From Eledone cirrhosa (Eukaryota): a DNA stretch of 64,000 nucleotides. The notes under the pieces were generated by a model. That model was not told the DNA's origin, did no database searches, and was given only the letters and a program-made list of their open reading frames with translations. Every line of letters starts with the position of its first letter. The first letter of the stretch is position 1. Below are positions 51,054 to 62,895 of this stretch, in pieces. The stretch spans positions 116,622,001 through 116,686,000 of the forward strand of contig OZ024743.1 of NCBI GenBank assembly GCA_964016885.1, given 5' to 3'. A program made the position numbers and the translations under genes.

Positions 51054-54000
51054 ATATATTAATACATGGAAACTATATTTATAAAACCATAATTATTTTA
51101 TTATATATATTTCAAGGGCAACCAAGGCAGCCTTGGTGCGCTTTCATCAGATAAAATACAAAATTTGTTTGATAAATAGTGACATAACCGTGGAAAACAA
51201 CCTTGACGGTTGAAAATTCGCTAGATAGTGAAAAATGTTATTGAGGGTAATTCAAATTTCTGTGTGAATATGCAAATGAATGTCTGAAAAATTGAAAAAA
51301 ACAACCGTTTATTTAAATTACGCTGTAGGAAAAAGAGAGAGAAAAAAGAGAGAAAAAGAAAAGAAAAGTAAATATTAGTATATGTAGAAGTAGAGTGAAG
51401 TGAAGAAAGAGCGAAGAAAGAAGCTTATCCAAGGATGAGTTCATATAATGTAAATAAGTTTTTATGCTATGTATATTTACTAATACTTTTTAGAATTCTA
51501 TTATAATAAATATCTATTTACTATTATAAGTATATAGAAAATGATATATATAGAAAAAATAAAGATATATTAAAAATAAAGATATATTAAAAATAAAGAT
51601 ATGTCAAAATATATTAAGATATATTAAAATATATCCAAATATATTAAAATATAATAAAAATAGATTTAAATACATATGAAGTAGAAGCGTAGGATAAAAT
51701 GTAGATATAAGGATAGATATAAGGATAGATATATGTGTGGAAAGATGGGTATATCATGTTATAAATTATGAGGGATACTAGTTCATATTTAGTGTCAGTA
51801 TTTAAATTAAATTAAATTAACTATATGCTATGGAAAAATATTGAAAATCACAGTTTTGTTTATTTATTAGTTATTATGAGATAATTTTGACAAAGATATG
51901 TTTAAAGATATATTTAGCCAGAGTTAATTATTTAATTATTGGTTATAACTGTATTATTAAATAATTACAAAAAATAAAAAAAATAAATAAATAAATTAAA
52001 ATTATAAGAAAATACTAAAACCATTTAAAAATTAAAACTATAAAATATAAACAATTCTAGACAAAATTCTTGAAAATTCCTGGAAAAACTTTCCAAGAGA
52101 TTTTTAAAAGATCTCAAAAAGACTCCGAAGATACTCAAAAGCCTTTAAAAACATTTAAAAAGTGTTTTAAATGATTCTGGAAATATAATTAAAAACCTAA
52201 AATTATTAAAAAATATAAAGAAATATTAAGAAATATTTAAAAATACTTTTAAATATTTTAAAATACTTTGAAATATTAGAAAAATACTAAAAAATATATT
52301 AAAAATATTAAGATGACCAAAAAAATATTTTTTGGGGAAATAAATAATTTTTTAAAAGATTTTAAGTAATTTTTCTAAAATGATTATGAGATATATTGGA
52401 AGTAAGATAAATAAAGATAAAAAATAAAGATATTTAAGAAGTAAAAATATAAAAAGTAAAGATTTAAGAAGTAAATTATATATAATTAAGAACTAAAAGA
52501 TTTAGAATTTAGAATTACATTAGAATTAGAATTTATGAACATATATGCATATAATTTAAGAAATGAGATTGTAGGTCTTTGTATAAAGTAAACATTATGT
52601 AGAGAAGATTAAACGTGTAATTATATTTTATATATAGATCTAAAAGTTGAGTTTTGGCGATGTTTACAAGAACTAAATAAATTGTTACGTAAATTAATGG
52701 AGTTCTTACATTTAAGTATGAAGAAAATTTCTTCAATACACAAGTTGCAAAATTTGGATAAAGCTGTGTTATTATAAGCAGGTGCTTAGAAATTATATTC
52801 CAAGATAAAGAATAGTGTCTATTTTTGGATTTTAAGTTCCATATCAAGTTGGATAGAGAAGTTGAAGATTTTTTACCAATATTATGAAACGAGGATTTAT
52901 GGTTATTGAAACGAGATTTAAAGTCTGTAGAAGTTGAGCCAACATAGTTAAAAATATTATCATTGGTTTTGACATTGCATTTATAGACCACATTTTTAAC
53001 TAAACAGTTATTTTTTAAAGGACAGTTAGATTTAATTCTACAATTACATTTATCAGAGTTTATATTATTTGGAACAGTATTATTATATTGGATATTGCTA
53101 GAGGTATTAGTGCTATTCTGGTTAAGGTTTAGATTTCTATTATTGATTCTATTTATATTTTGTGCTATCTTCATAGTAGTAGAGTAAGATAGTTTAATTG
53201 TATGTCTGTTAAAGATTGAATAATATATAAGGCCTTGGGAAAACATTTATCAAGAGCTTTAAAAAATCGTTTAGCTAAAGGTGTTTTAATTCTTAGTGAA
53301 AATGGAGGAGCATACAAGATTATGTTTCTAGTTCTATTTCTTCTGTTAGTTTTAGAGTTTATGCTAGGTTTCTTATTATAATTATAATTAATATTATGGT
53401 TAATATTATGGTTAATTGCCTTATCATTATTGTCGATGTATTTAATTTCATTATTATAGCCTGCTCTACTTAAAGCTTCGTTATAATATTGTGCCTTATC
53501 TTCAATTATATTTTTCATTCGCTGAGATTCAAGAAATACATTCTTGTACAGAATTTACGATAGTGTTCTTAACGGATCTAGGATGATTAGCGTTGAAGCT
53601 AACATAGTTTAAGTTCTCATTAATTTTATGGAATGGATAGTATATCCCAGTATCAAGGTTTAATGTTACTTCTAAAAAGTTAACAATTTTGATAATTATT
53701 CTCTATTTCTAACTTAAAATTATAGCTATTAAAAAATTGTATTATTGGTTTTCTTTTTCTATTGATTTCACAATTATTATTATTTTCAATTAACAGCAGC
53801 ATATCATCACGATATAAACCACCGGTCATCTCCAGTAGTTTTCTATGTAATGTATTGTTAATAAAAAGCCCCACAAGATCTGTTATTTGCGCCGAGTTTG
53901 ATTACCCCATAGTGATATCGAAATTATTATCTCTATCTGCTCTGGTCCAAAGATGGTTGTTGAATTTAATTAAGGTTTTCCGTGCAGTTAAAATGATATG

Positions 54001-54342
54001 CATTTTATCACTAGATAAATCAGTATATTTAGATGCGTAGATAACGGCTTTATTAAGTAAATAAGGAGTGATAGATGAGTAGTAATTTGCAATATCCAAT
54101 TGAATGAATTTTTTGTTATGCTTACATTTTATGTTATTGAACCAATCTATAACTTCATTAGTACCGTTCCATAGTTTTAAGTAAGATATATCTTTAAGTT
54201 GCGGAATGATTCTATCTAATATATGTTTACTAACTATGCCTAAGACTGATTTAGATGGTGCTATAAGTCTAACTGTTAAATCTATTTCAAAGTTTCTTTT
54301 GTGGTCTTTCAAATTAATTTTTAATAATGATATTTCGTGCAA
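51051..54342 (-). mobile_element. Naiad-type PLE copy 2 (AT-rich family) with ~1.4 kb 3' non-coding region
   Basis: LKDHKRNF..VRLIAPSKS.LG.VSK.ILD, FIQLDIANYYSSI, FDITMG, GGLYRDD, APPFS, CNCR..NCPL...CL..NVVYKC.V..YVGST..FKSRFNNHKSSF. Confidence 0.92.
51095..51157 (-). ncRNA. Type I hammerhead motif, intact core
   Basis: ATTTTAT-CTGATGA-AAGcGCACCAAGG-ctg-CCTTGGTtGCcCTT-GAAA-TATATA-TA-ATAAAAT, ~45 nt from the terminal (TA)n. Confidence 0.9.
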
Positions 54343-54755
54343 TGGCCGTATTCGATTACGAGAGGGAAGCCATCATATATATATATATAAATGAAGTATT
54401 TCCGTAGGAAAGCTACAGAGGTTTTAGTTATGTAATAAACGACATAAGATAAGTATTTCATTTACCAGTGGTTCCTTGAAGACAGATATTTATATCTGTC
54501 TTCAGTAGTCAGAACGAATAAAATAAATATCCAGAACACAAACACACACACACTCAACCACGCTCTTATACGTAATAGTACGTAGACGTATACCTTCCCA
54601 CATAAGCGTATTTGCGTCTACATGGAAATACGAACAGACACATAAAACTCGTTGTCTTTTGCTCACAATTCCGCACACAGGCGCAAACTCACACATGTAC
54701 TCAATAATAACGTAAAATCTATATACAAACACCATATCACTCCAAACGCATATAC

Positions 54756-54832
<77 letters not shown>

Positions 54833-55259
54833 CATACATACATACATATACACAAATATATACGCACCCATATATGTACACACAACCACACAAACACATA
54901 TATAAATATCTATACACACATACATACATACAAACACAAAAAGGCTCTATACATACGCGCACTTATATATACACACACACATATACATACACACATATAT
55001 ACACATACATATCCATACATACAATTATACATGCATGTATATTTATATATATATATATACATGAACATATATATATTAATATGTACAAACCATTGGGAAG
55101 TAGTTCTGGGGCAGAAATACATAAATAAGATTAAACAAATTCCAAAAAATATCTAAGAAAATAAAGGTAAGTATATACGTTTATCGTTTTCGTGGCACCC
55201 GGCCGATTAACCCATTCGATATGCAAATTGGGCTACTCAGACGTTAATATGCATAAGGT

Positions 55260-55545
55260 AAGTATATACGTTCAACAATCTGGCAGGAAGGAATACGTTG
55301 CTGACGATAGCTAATAAGCTTGAAACTAGTACAGCGTTTCTTTGTCAGTGTTGAACAAATGAGCAACGATGGTTGCTGGACACTTCGGCTTAATACGGGA
55401 TGTTTGTTTACAAACACACCGAGCATTATAATAAATGTTCGGTGAATCCATATGTACATATATATATGTGTGCATGTATATATATATATATATACATACT
55501 ACTGTACGTCTGTATACATATATGTATGTACGTGTACATACTTAT
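55260..55545 (+). mobile_element. Short HHR-bearing element; direct copy ~58380-58660, partial inverted copy ~44740-44895
   Basis: Shared tttgtttacaaaca.acc.agcattata.ataaatgttcggt and downstream catactactgtacgtctg. Confidence 0.8.
55296..55336 (+). ncRNA. Minimal type I hammerhead motif
   Basis: CGTTG-CTGACGA-tAGCT-aata-AGCTt-GAAA-CTAG-TA-CAGCG. Confidence 0.85.
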
Positions 55546-55546
55546 A

Positions 55547-55810
55547 TATATATAACGGAGGAGTTATGGTAAGGAACCAGATGGATCATAACGCACCAGG
55601 GTACTCAATACTTAGGGTAGTAGAGTGGGTTATAGGAGAAAGTATGACCCTACTAAACTACTTTAGTCCAGAAATATGCGTCGAAACGGCTTGAGCTCTG
55701 CCGTCGGGGTTATACTTTCTCCTATTACCCACTCTACTACCCTAAGTGCTGAGTACCCTGGTGCTTTATGGTCCAGCTGGTTCCTTACCATAACTCTTCC
55801 GTTATATATA
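55547..55810. mobile_element. Fold-back element, ~105 bp arms, 3' half of a hammerhead in the spacer
   Basis: Arms 55547-55650 / 55707-55810; spacer GAAA-CGGC-ttgagctct-GCCG-TC-gggg; TA ends. Confidence 0.85.
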
Positions 55811-55850
55811 AGGAAAGTATATACTTTCAAACTCCTTTATATATATATAT

Positions 55851-58133
55851 ACGTGGAAACATAAGAAATATGGTTGCAGACCATTACAACATGTTTATTT
55901 AAAACAGCAGCTACGTACGTTTTGCCAGGATGGCTTTTTAAGGGCATAAATAATTAAAAAGTATTCCTTACATGGCCCGGAAAGTTCTTTTGGAGAAAAG
56001 TTCACGTCAGAGATCATTCTTCGCAAAATAACGTGTTTTGATTTTGCAATAGGTCAAGGGACCTAACTCTGGCCGGTGTTAGGGCAATCTTTCCCGGACA
56101 AATTTGTTATCCGTTACAAGATGTGGTTACAACCTTACCATTGTCGATATGCACAGGGACAGGTATGCAACGTTTGTTTTGAGACGTTTGTTTACTGTAC
56201 CTGTCCGCCTGGGTCATTTGAAGCCGGGTCTGGGATGCATGGTCAGTTTCCGGATGTTTTTTGCAGCGCCTGCTCGCCGGAGTGTTAAAGCTTGTCACAG
56301 GGAGACACGGTATAAGGTTTCACTCCTCGTCTTTATCCCATCTGAAGAAGGATATTTTTAAGCGATGTGTACAGCTCATCGTCGTTTCAGCTCTGCTGTT
56401 GATGAGCTCGTAGGGTGCCGTTAGGATGTGGTAGAGCTCCATGAGGCAAAGATCGCACTTCCTCTTGAATTTGTACGGTGCAGCCCTGCCAACAATTTCC
56501 CAGTGCGTGGAGAAGCTGATGTTTAAGTCTTTTAATGATGTGATGTAGTCCGCAAGCGAAGTGGAGTGTCTTAATTTCTTATTTGTGAAAGAGTGGAGAT
56601 GTTTTCGAAATCTAATTCTGAACGGGCCAGAGGTAGCCCCTATATAATGTTTAACGCTATTGTGGCTAGTTACAGTGCACCTATATATAACCCTATCAGT
56701 CAAGCAGTATCCTCTAATGCGGCAGCGTTCCCTGTCGCGGCAGTTGCAATTTCGGTCGCGGTCCCTTCTAATTCCCATGGTCAGGCTCTCACTTTTGCTA
56801 TCTACGTTGTTACCTACGCTCCCACACCTGTCGTTAGCACCATTATAACCCACTGTGCGCGGGGTGGTACCATTATTATTCCGCACGTCATGTCCTGCAT
56901 ATTCCCCAGTCATTTCGCGGTTATGCTGGTTGCGTCCGTAGAGGTTGTTGCCAGCACTATTGGATGCTGCTAGGAAGTCGTTAAGGCTGATATAGTTATT
57001 GTCAGGTGTAGGTGCTTCTGTGCTAGGGTGATTTGTCTTGGTGATCTTATTGTGATTAGTTTTTCCTATGATGTCTGCTAGGTTAGGAGTAGTAGAGAAG
57101 GATATTTTTATATTGTTCCTATTAAGGATTTTTCTATACCTCTGGTTGGGTGGGAAGTTCTTCTCTAAGGCTTCGAAGAATATCCGCGGTATTTTGGAGG
57201 CCACACTCCGGGAGTAGGGGTGATGGAACCATAGGACGTTACGGTGGCGATTACGTGTCCTTGTACGTTTGCTACAGGTAGTGCCATCAGGGTGACCGTT
57301 AATGCGCTGTAGCCCGTTACGTGCCCTTTCACTTTATGCTCGGGTGCACTCTTCTTCCTTCTGCTATGTTTATGTACAGGAAGATGTTGGTTGAAAGGCG
57401 TTGGTAGTAGGCCGTCGCCTTAGTTGATTTTATAGTAGAGGAATAATTCGACAAGGCTACAGTGGTCATTGTCACCGGGTTCGTGATCTTTATTGTGTGG
57501 TAAGTTACCTATACAATCGCCAGTATAATTAACGTTGTGGTCGTGTTCCTTAGTGCGATTATCTATACTATTACATCCGACTCCTTCGACGACCCCGTGT
57601 GATCGGTTATAGGTATGGCTTACTATAACGCTCGTCTCATGAGGGGGGAGGGGTACTGGAGCTAGCGTTAGGGATGTAGGAAATTCCTCGGTTAAAGCCG
57701 GCGCTTATCAAGTCCCTATTGTAGTAGTCTGCCGCTTGGTTGAAGATATCCTCATTGGCGGAGAGCCTCGAGATCCTATGCGAGATGCTATAGACTATAG
57801 AGTTGAGTCTGCTTAGAGTGGTTGAAGGCATAATTATTATAAGAAAGGCTCTCTCCAGGCTTATTGTATGGCTTGTATAGGCATATACAAGGGTCACATC
57901 CAGGGTCAACTCCAGGGTCACATCCAGGGAGTTGACAATCTGGTGGTTGAGGTCTATAGTTTCGGATAGGCCGTATGACTTGAAGAACCTGTATATATGC
58001 TTGTTAAGGTTCTCTATCCTACGAGAGCTATGGTTGCTAACAGTAAACAGGGCATCGTCCTTGAGAAGCCCATCCGGGCGAAACTTAAGTAGGTGCTGTT
58101 TTAAATAATCATGTTGTAACGGTCTGCTCTCAT
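55851..58133 (-). mobile_element. Naiad-type PLE copy 3 with short inverted 5' pLTR (58061-58133)
   Basis: Open GIY-YIG region 56320-57204 (CNCR..RVIYRC..HYIGAT..CDLCLMEL..LINSRAE...C.H); RT truncated at RDDAL; 58061-58133 is the reverse complement of ~55851-55940. Confidence 0.9.
58061..58096 (+). ncRNA. Partial hammerhead in the inverted pLTR
   Basis: ttgagaa-GCCC-atcc-GGGC-GAAA-CTTAAG-TA-ggtgc. Confidence 0.6.
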
Positions 58134-58302
58134 ATTTCTCATTTTTCCACGTGCATACGTTCTGCTAATATCTCTCGCCCACTAGATATTAACACTTCTA
58201 ATATTTAACACTACCGGCACTAGCATTGAGCAACCTTTGCATACGCTATTTGGCAAATAACTACATGTAACACTTATCCCTCATTTTCTCTCTCTCGATA
58301 CT

Positions 58303-58359
<57 letters not shown>

Positions 58360-58407
58360 AGGAAAGTATATACTTTCAAACGTTCAATCGACTGACATGA
58401 AGGTATA

Positions 58408-58448
58408 CGTTGCTGATGACAGCTAATAATCTAGAAACTAGTTCATCG
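58408..58448 (+). ncRNA. Minimal hammerhead motif (paralogue of 55296)
   Basis: CGTTG-CTGATGA-cagctaataatcta-GAAA-CTAG-TT-CATCG. Confidence 0.72.
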
Positions 58449-58650
58449 TACCTTTGTCAATGTTGAACAAAAGGGCAACGATGGTTGCCGAACAATGTAC
58501 GGCTAATAATTCAGGTTCTTTGTTTACAAACAAACCAAGCATTATAATAAATGTTCGGTAAACCCATACGTACATATAAATATGTGTGTGCATGTATGTA
58601 TATACATACTACTGTACGTCTGTATACATATATATTTGTACGTATATATA

Positions 58651-58718
<68 letters not shown>

Positions 58719-59033
58719 TAAAAATTCAGTGGGAATCGCATTTCGGCGGGCAGGAAAGGCGAAGCGAAACGCAAAAATCAGAAATGATACTGGCAAAGTG
58801 CTCAATAGTTTAAAACCAGAGCTAAACAATGTGTTAAGAAGACATACAAAACTGAAAATGTGGTCAACCAGGGATTAGCCACCCAAGCCCAAAACCAAAT
58901 CAAGCTAAACAGGTCAAAACAAAATAAATGATTAAAAAAATGAATGATAACCAGACCTGGACTCCCGGAATTGCTGTTTAAATCCGATGTAGATTGTTTC
59001 TGTGACACCTAAATCAAAATATATATATAAGTT

Positions 59034-59103
59034 GTTACACAGCAGTTAGTTCACCATACCGAGAACAATTGTTCTCGTTATGGTGAACTAACTGTTGTGT
59101 AAC
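59034..59103. repeat. 70 bp spacerless palindrome centred on CAATTG
   Basis: gttacacagcagttagttcaccataccgagaacaa|ttgttctcgttatggtgaactaactgttgtgtaac; right half matches 20337-20375. Confidence 0.95.
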
Positions 59104-59193
59104 CACTTTTGCCTAACTCGTCCCATGGACTGAGTGCTCTAGCACCACGGATATTACCTTCCAGTGTTCTACCACACTAAACATATATATGTA

Positions 59194-59327
<134 letters not shown>

Positions 59328-59351
59328 TACATAAAAGCCAAAGAGGGCTCG

Positions 59352-59511
<160 letters not shown>

Positions 59512-59602
59512 TACATAAAAGCCAAAGAGGGCTCGATAAGGATAAGTATATATCAAATATATAAAACCGTAGAGCAAATATTTATTAAAATAAGAGATTA
59601 AA

Positions 59603-59651
59603 GTTTAAGCAAAGAATCGCTGCTTTCACCCTTAACGGAATCTTCTGAAAC
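59603..59651 (-). ncRNA. Degenerate hammerhead
   Basis: GTTT-CAGAAGA-ttcc-gttaa-gggt-GAAA-GCA-gcgattctt-TGC-TT-AAAC; related palindrome at 39080-39161. Confidence 0.6.
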
Positions 59652-60090
59652 TAACAAAGTCAATCTGTTAACGCAGAAGTGAATATTTCAAAAAACTTTG
59701 CAACCGGAGGAAGACAGGAAGACGATACTTTGGTACGTGGAAACGTTCCCTGGCAAAGAAATGGGAAAAAAACGAATATAAAACGTCATTATTTGGAGCG
59801 GTGAAAAACAATTACACGCAAAGACAAAACCACGTTTATGGTATAAAAGAAGTCGTAGACTAATATTCTATTAGGTGGTTCCTGGAGACGTACGCGGCGA
59901 TGAAAGAAAAAAACGAAGATAATAAATCGATGTCTATACTTGCACAATGATACACATGTAAACTTCTGCTCCTATCCATTTTCGGAGGAATGAAAAAAAA
60001 AACACATTAAATTGAAATAGAAATTATTCGAAATTCAGGTATTTTGTTAGTAAGGACGAGGAACTTTCAGATCAATATATATATATATAT

Positions 60091-61215
60091 ATATTTAATA
60101 CAATAACAGAGATAGTTTAAAGCTAAACTCTGACTGGTATCCATCTCACTCAACAAACATTAGGTTATATTTAAATATAAACCCAATTTAAGTGTTTGGG
60201 GTGCTAACAATATGTATAATGTGGAAAAACCAGTTGTATTATTTTATGAGATATAATTAAAGTTAAAATACATCTCTCTTTCCAAACAATTGTTTCATTA
60301 TAAGTTTTCTACAAGTTGGGAGAATATTTCCAGTTTATGTAGAAGCCTAATATATATTCAATAAGAATATATTTAGGTGGGCGCTTATAAATCATCAGTG
60401 GAAGCCCATTAAACTTTGATATAAGAAAGAAATTTTTACCGCAGTCAAAAATCGTGTCTGTTAAGTTGCTCCTTCTCGCATCAAATGACCGCCAAATTTG
60501 AAATTCCAGCAGTTTTGACTGAGGAAGTATCATAGCGACACGAAGCGGGAAGGGGAGACAACTACGATCCACAAAAGGAGGAAAAAAATAATAATATACA
60601 CGCGGGTTAATTAGGTTTTTCGGAAACATTATCAATCCAACGTGTTAAGAACTCAATTGGAAATTTAAAAAATAAATATATGCGTGTATAAATTACACAC
60701 GCATATAGATATTTTCTTAGGCTAAAATCAGAAGTTGTACCCGAATAAGAACCGCATCTCATAACCGCAGTAAATACAGAAAGTCATGCTTTAAAGGGCA
60801 AATGGGAATGTAAATCTCCGGCCGAATTAAGAGTAAAATATAAAACACACGCGGGTTAATTAGTCATTTCAAAACTAATATCAATTCCTCGTGTAAAGAA
60901 CTCAATTAATTAAAGAAAATAAATGTATGCATGTAATTATATACATAGGCATATATATATTTTCTTCGGCTAAAAAACAGAGAAGTTACAACCAAAAAAC
61001 CACAACATTTCACAACAGTAATAAATACGGAAAGTCAAATTCATAAGGTACCTGGAAATAAACACCTCTGGCCAATCAAGAGTAAATATTTAATACAATA
61101 ACATAGATAGTTTAAAGCTAAACTCTGACTGGTAACCATCTCACTCAACAAACATTAGGTTATATTTAAATATAAACCCAATTTAAGTGTTTGGGGTGCT
61201 AACAATATGTATAAT
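60091..61215. mobile_element. (TA)n-flanked ~1.1 kb element with ~128 bp terminal direct repeats and an internal ~245 bp tandem duplication
   Basis: ~60091-60220 matches ~61086-61215; ~60590-60835 matches ~60836-61085. Confidence 0.8.
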
Positions 61216-61279
61216 ATATATATATATAGTGAAAGAGTGAAGAATAACATGGTCGGCTGTACAAAAAGGGTTTTATTTA

Positions 61280-61394
61280 CAGTATTAACAATTGATTCAT
61301 TGATCAGCTGAGTCTAAAGGCCTCTAATCACTCTGAGTTGCATCACTCGACCTTAAATACAGTTTGTGTCTCTGATCAATTCATCGGAATACTG
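61280..61394 (-). ncRNA. Degenerate hammerhead with extended stem II
   Basis: CAGTATT-CCGATGA-ATTGATCAG...CTGATCAAT-GAAT-CAATTG-TT-AATACTG; one substitution in each core box. Confidence 0.72.
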
Positions 61395-61403
61395 TATTCT
61401 GAT

Positions 61404-61661
61404 GACGTAGAGGCAGTGATTTTCTCAATGGCTTGGAATTCAGTCCACGCTTCGCTATTTCCTATCCACTGAATTATTTTTTAATAAGTTTCCAGTGTCC
61501 TCGCTTTGCCTGGAAACTTACATGAGAATAGACTTTCCTGACGACCGAATGCTTCTCCATATTATTCTTCGGAAAATATATTTACTCCATTCCAGAAACT
61601 AATTAGCTGGAAGTGATATTTTAGTAAGTAAGTTAATTTATAATTTTCTTATTTTACGTCT

Positions 61662-61663
<2 letters not shown>
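61404..61663 (+). mobile_element. Second copy of the 12160-12422 element (HHR at 61532-61614)
   Basis: ACTTTC-CTGACGA...GAAA-CTAATTAG-CT-GGAAGT; ends in (TA)n. Confidence 0.8.
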
Positions 61664-61694
<31 letters not shown>

Positions 61695-61759
61695 CGTACA
61701 CACACACATACACAATACACACATACACACAAACACACATACACACACACACCTATATT

Positions 61760-61791
<32 letters not shown>

Positions 61792-61838
61792 GTGTAGTGA
61801 TGTGTGATATTTGTATATTATTATATATATATGTATAA

Positions 61839-62051
61839 GGGCGGCGGATTGGCAGTATCGGTAGAGTCGGCCACCATGCTTTGCATCATAGAGATACAGT
61901 CCTTTACGGTTTAAGTTCAAATTCCGCCGAGGGTAACTTTGTCTTTCATCCTTACGGGGTCGATAAAATAAAGCACCAGTAACATACTGAGGTCGATGAA
62001 ATCGACCCCCCCCCCTAAAAAATTTACTGGCCTTGTGCCTATACTAGAAAA
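61839..62051 (+). mobile_element. Near full-length tRNA-derived SINE
   Basis: ggcggcggattggcagtatcggtaga...gttcaaattccgccgagg..ctttcatccttacggggtcgataaaat...ggccttgtgcct..tagaaa. Confidence 0.88.
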
Positions 62052-62064
62052 CATTATACGTATG

Positions 62065-62111
<47 letters not shown>

Positions 62112-62274
62112 GGAAAGTATTAGCAATTGGAAAGACCAACGGAGACATTGTTTCCTCGGTCCGATTTGACAAGTACCAACCCATTCTTTAAGCAAAGGAT
62201 ATCTGGGATCAATCAATCGACTGCCGATATATATATATTTAATTATTTGGATTGTATATATATATATATATATA

Positions 62275-62852
62275 TAATATGTATAAATATTTCGTATCTC
62301 CAAAGAAATACACTTTTAGGAAGCCGTAGCAATGCAAACACCCTCTAGTGATGTCCAGCAGAAGCAAGGGGGACAACCGTCTATGTATTTCAGGCTTAAC
62401 TGGCCTTCATCAGGACGGTCCCTCCCACCGCTTGCGACTGCTGGACTAAAAGACAGCTGAGTATATATACTTTTCTCGTCTGTGTAAATGAGGTGATTAA
62501 TCTCATTTGCATATAAAGCTGCATAAGTTGGCTCAAATTATAATAAAAAAGAAATAGAATTTCGCTTCAAGCATAGCTTGATACAATATGTATAAATATT
62601 TCGTATCTCCAAAGTAATACAGTTTTAGGAAGCCGTAGCTATGCAAACACCGGGGGCCTAACGTGCTATGAAGGCCAGTTAAGCGTGAAATACATAGACG
62701 GTTGTCCCCCTTGCTTCTGCTGGACATCACTAGAGGGCGCCCCCCCCCCCCCCGTGTTTGCATAGCTACGGCTTCCTAAAATCGTATTTCTTTGGAGATA
62801 CGAAATATTTATACATATTGTATAAAGCTATGCTTGAAGCGAAATCCTATTT

Positions 62853-62856
<4 letters not shown>
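62275..62856. mobile_element. Tripartite pLTR array (two direct, one inverted copy) with hammerheads, in (TA)n
   Basis: 62275-62418 and 62549-62651 direct; 62668-62856 inverted. Confidence 0.87.
62377..62418 (-). ncRNA. Minimal type I hammerhead motif, intact core
   Basis: CCGTC-CTGATGA-AGGC-cagttaa-GCCT-GAAA-TacA-TA-GACGG. Confidence 0.88.

Positions 62857-62888
<32 letters not shown>

Positions 62889-62895
<7 letters not shown>

Noticed and set aside
56320-57204. Selenoprotein-type Naiad
   Set aside because: Endonuclease cysteines are ordinary codons and no SECIS could be recognised by eye
58715-58878. Short plus-strand peptide resembling the Naiad RT N-terminal region ([12 protein letters not shown])
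   Set aside because: Too short and degenerate to support without a profile search
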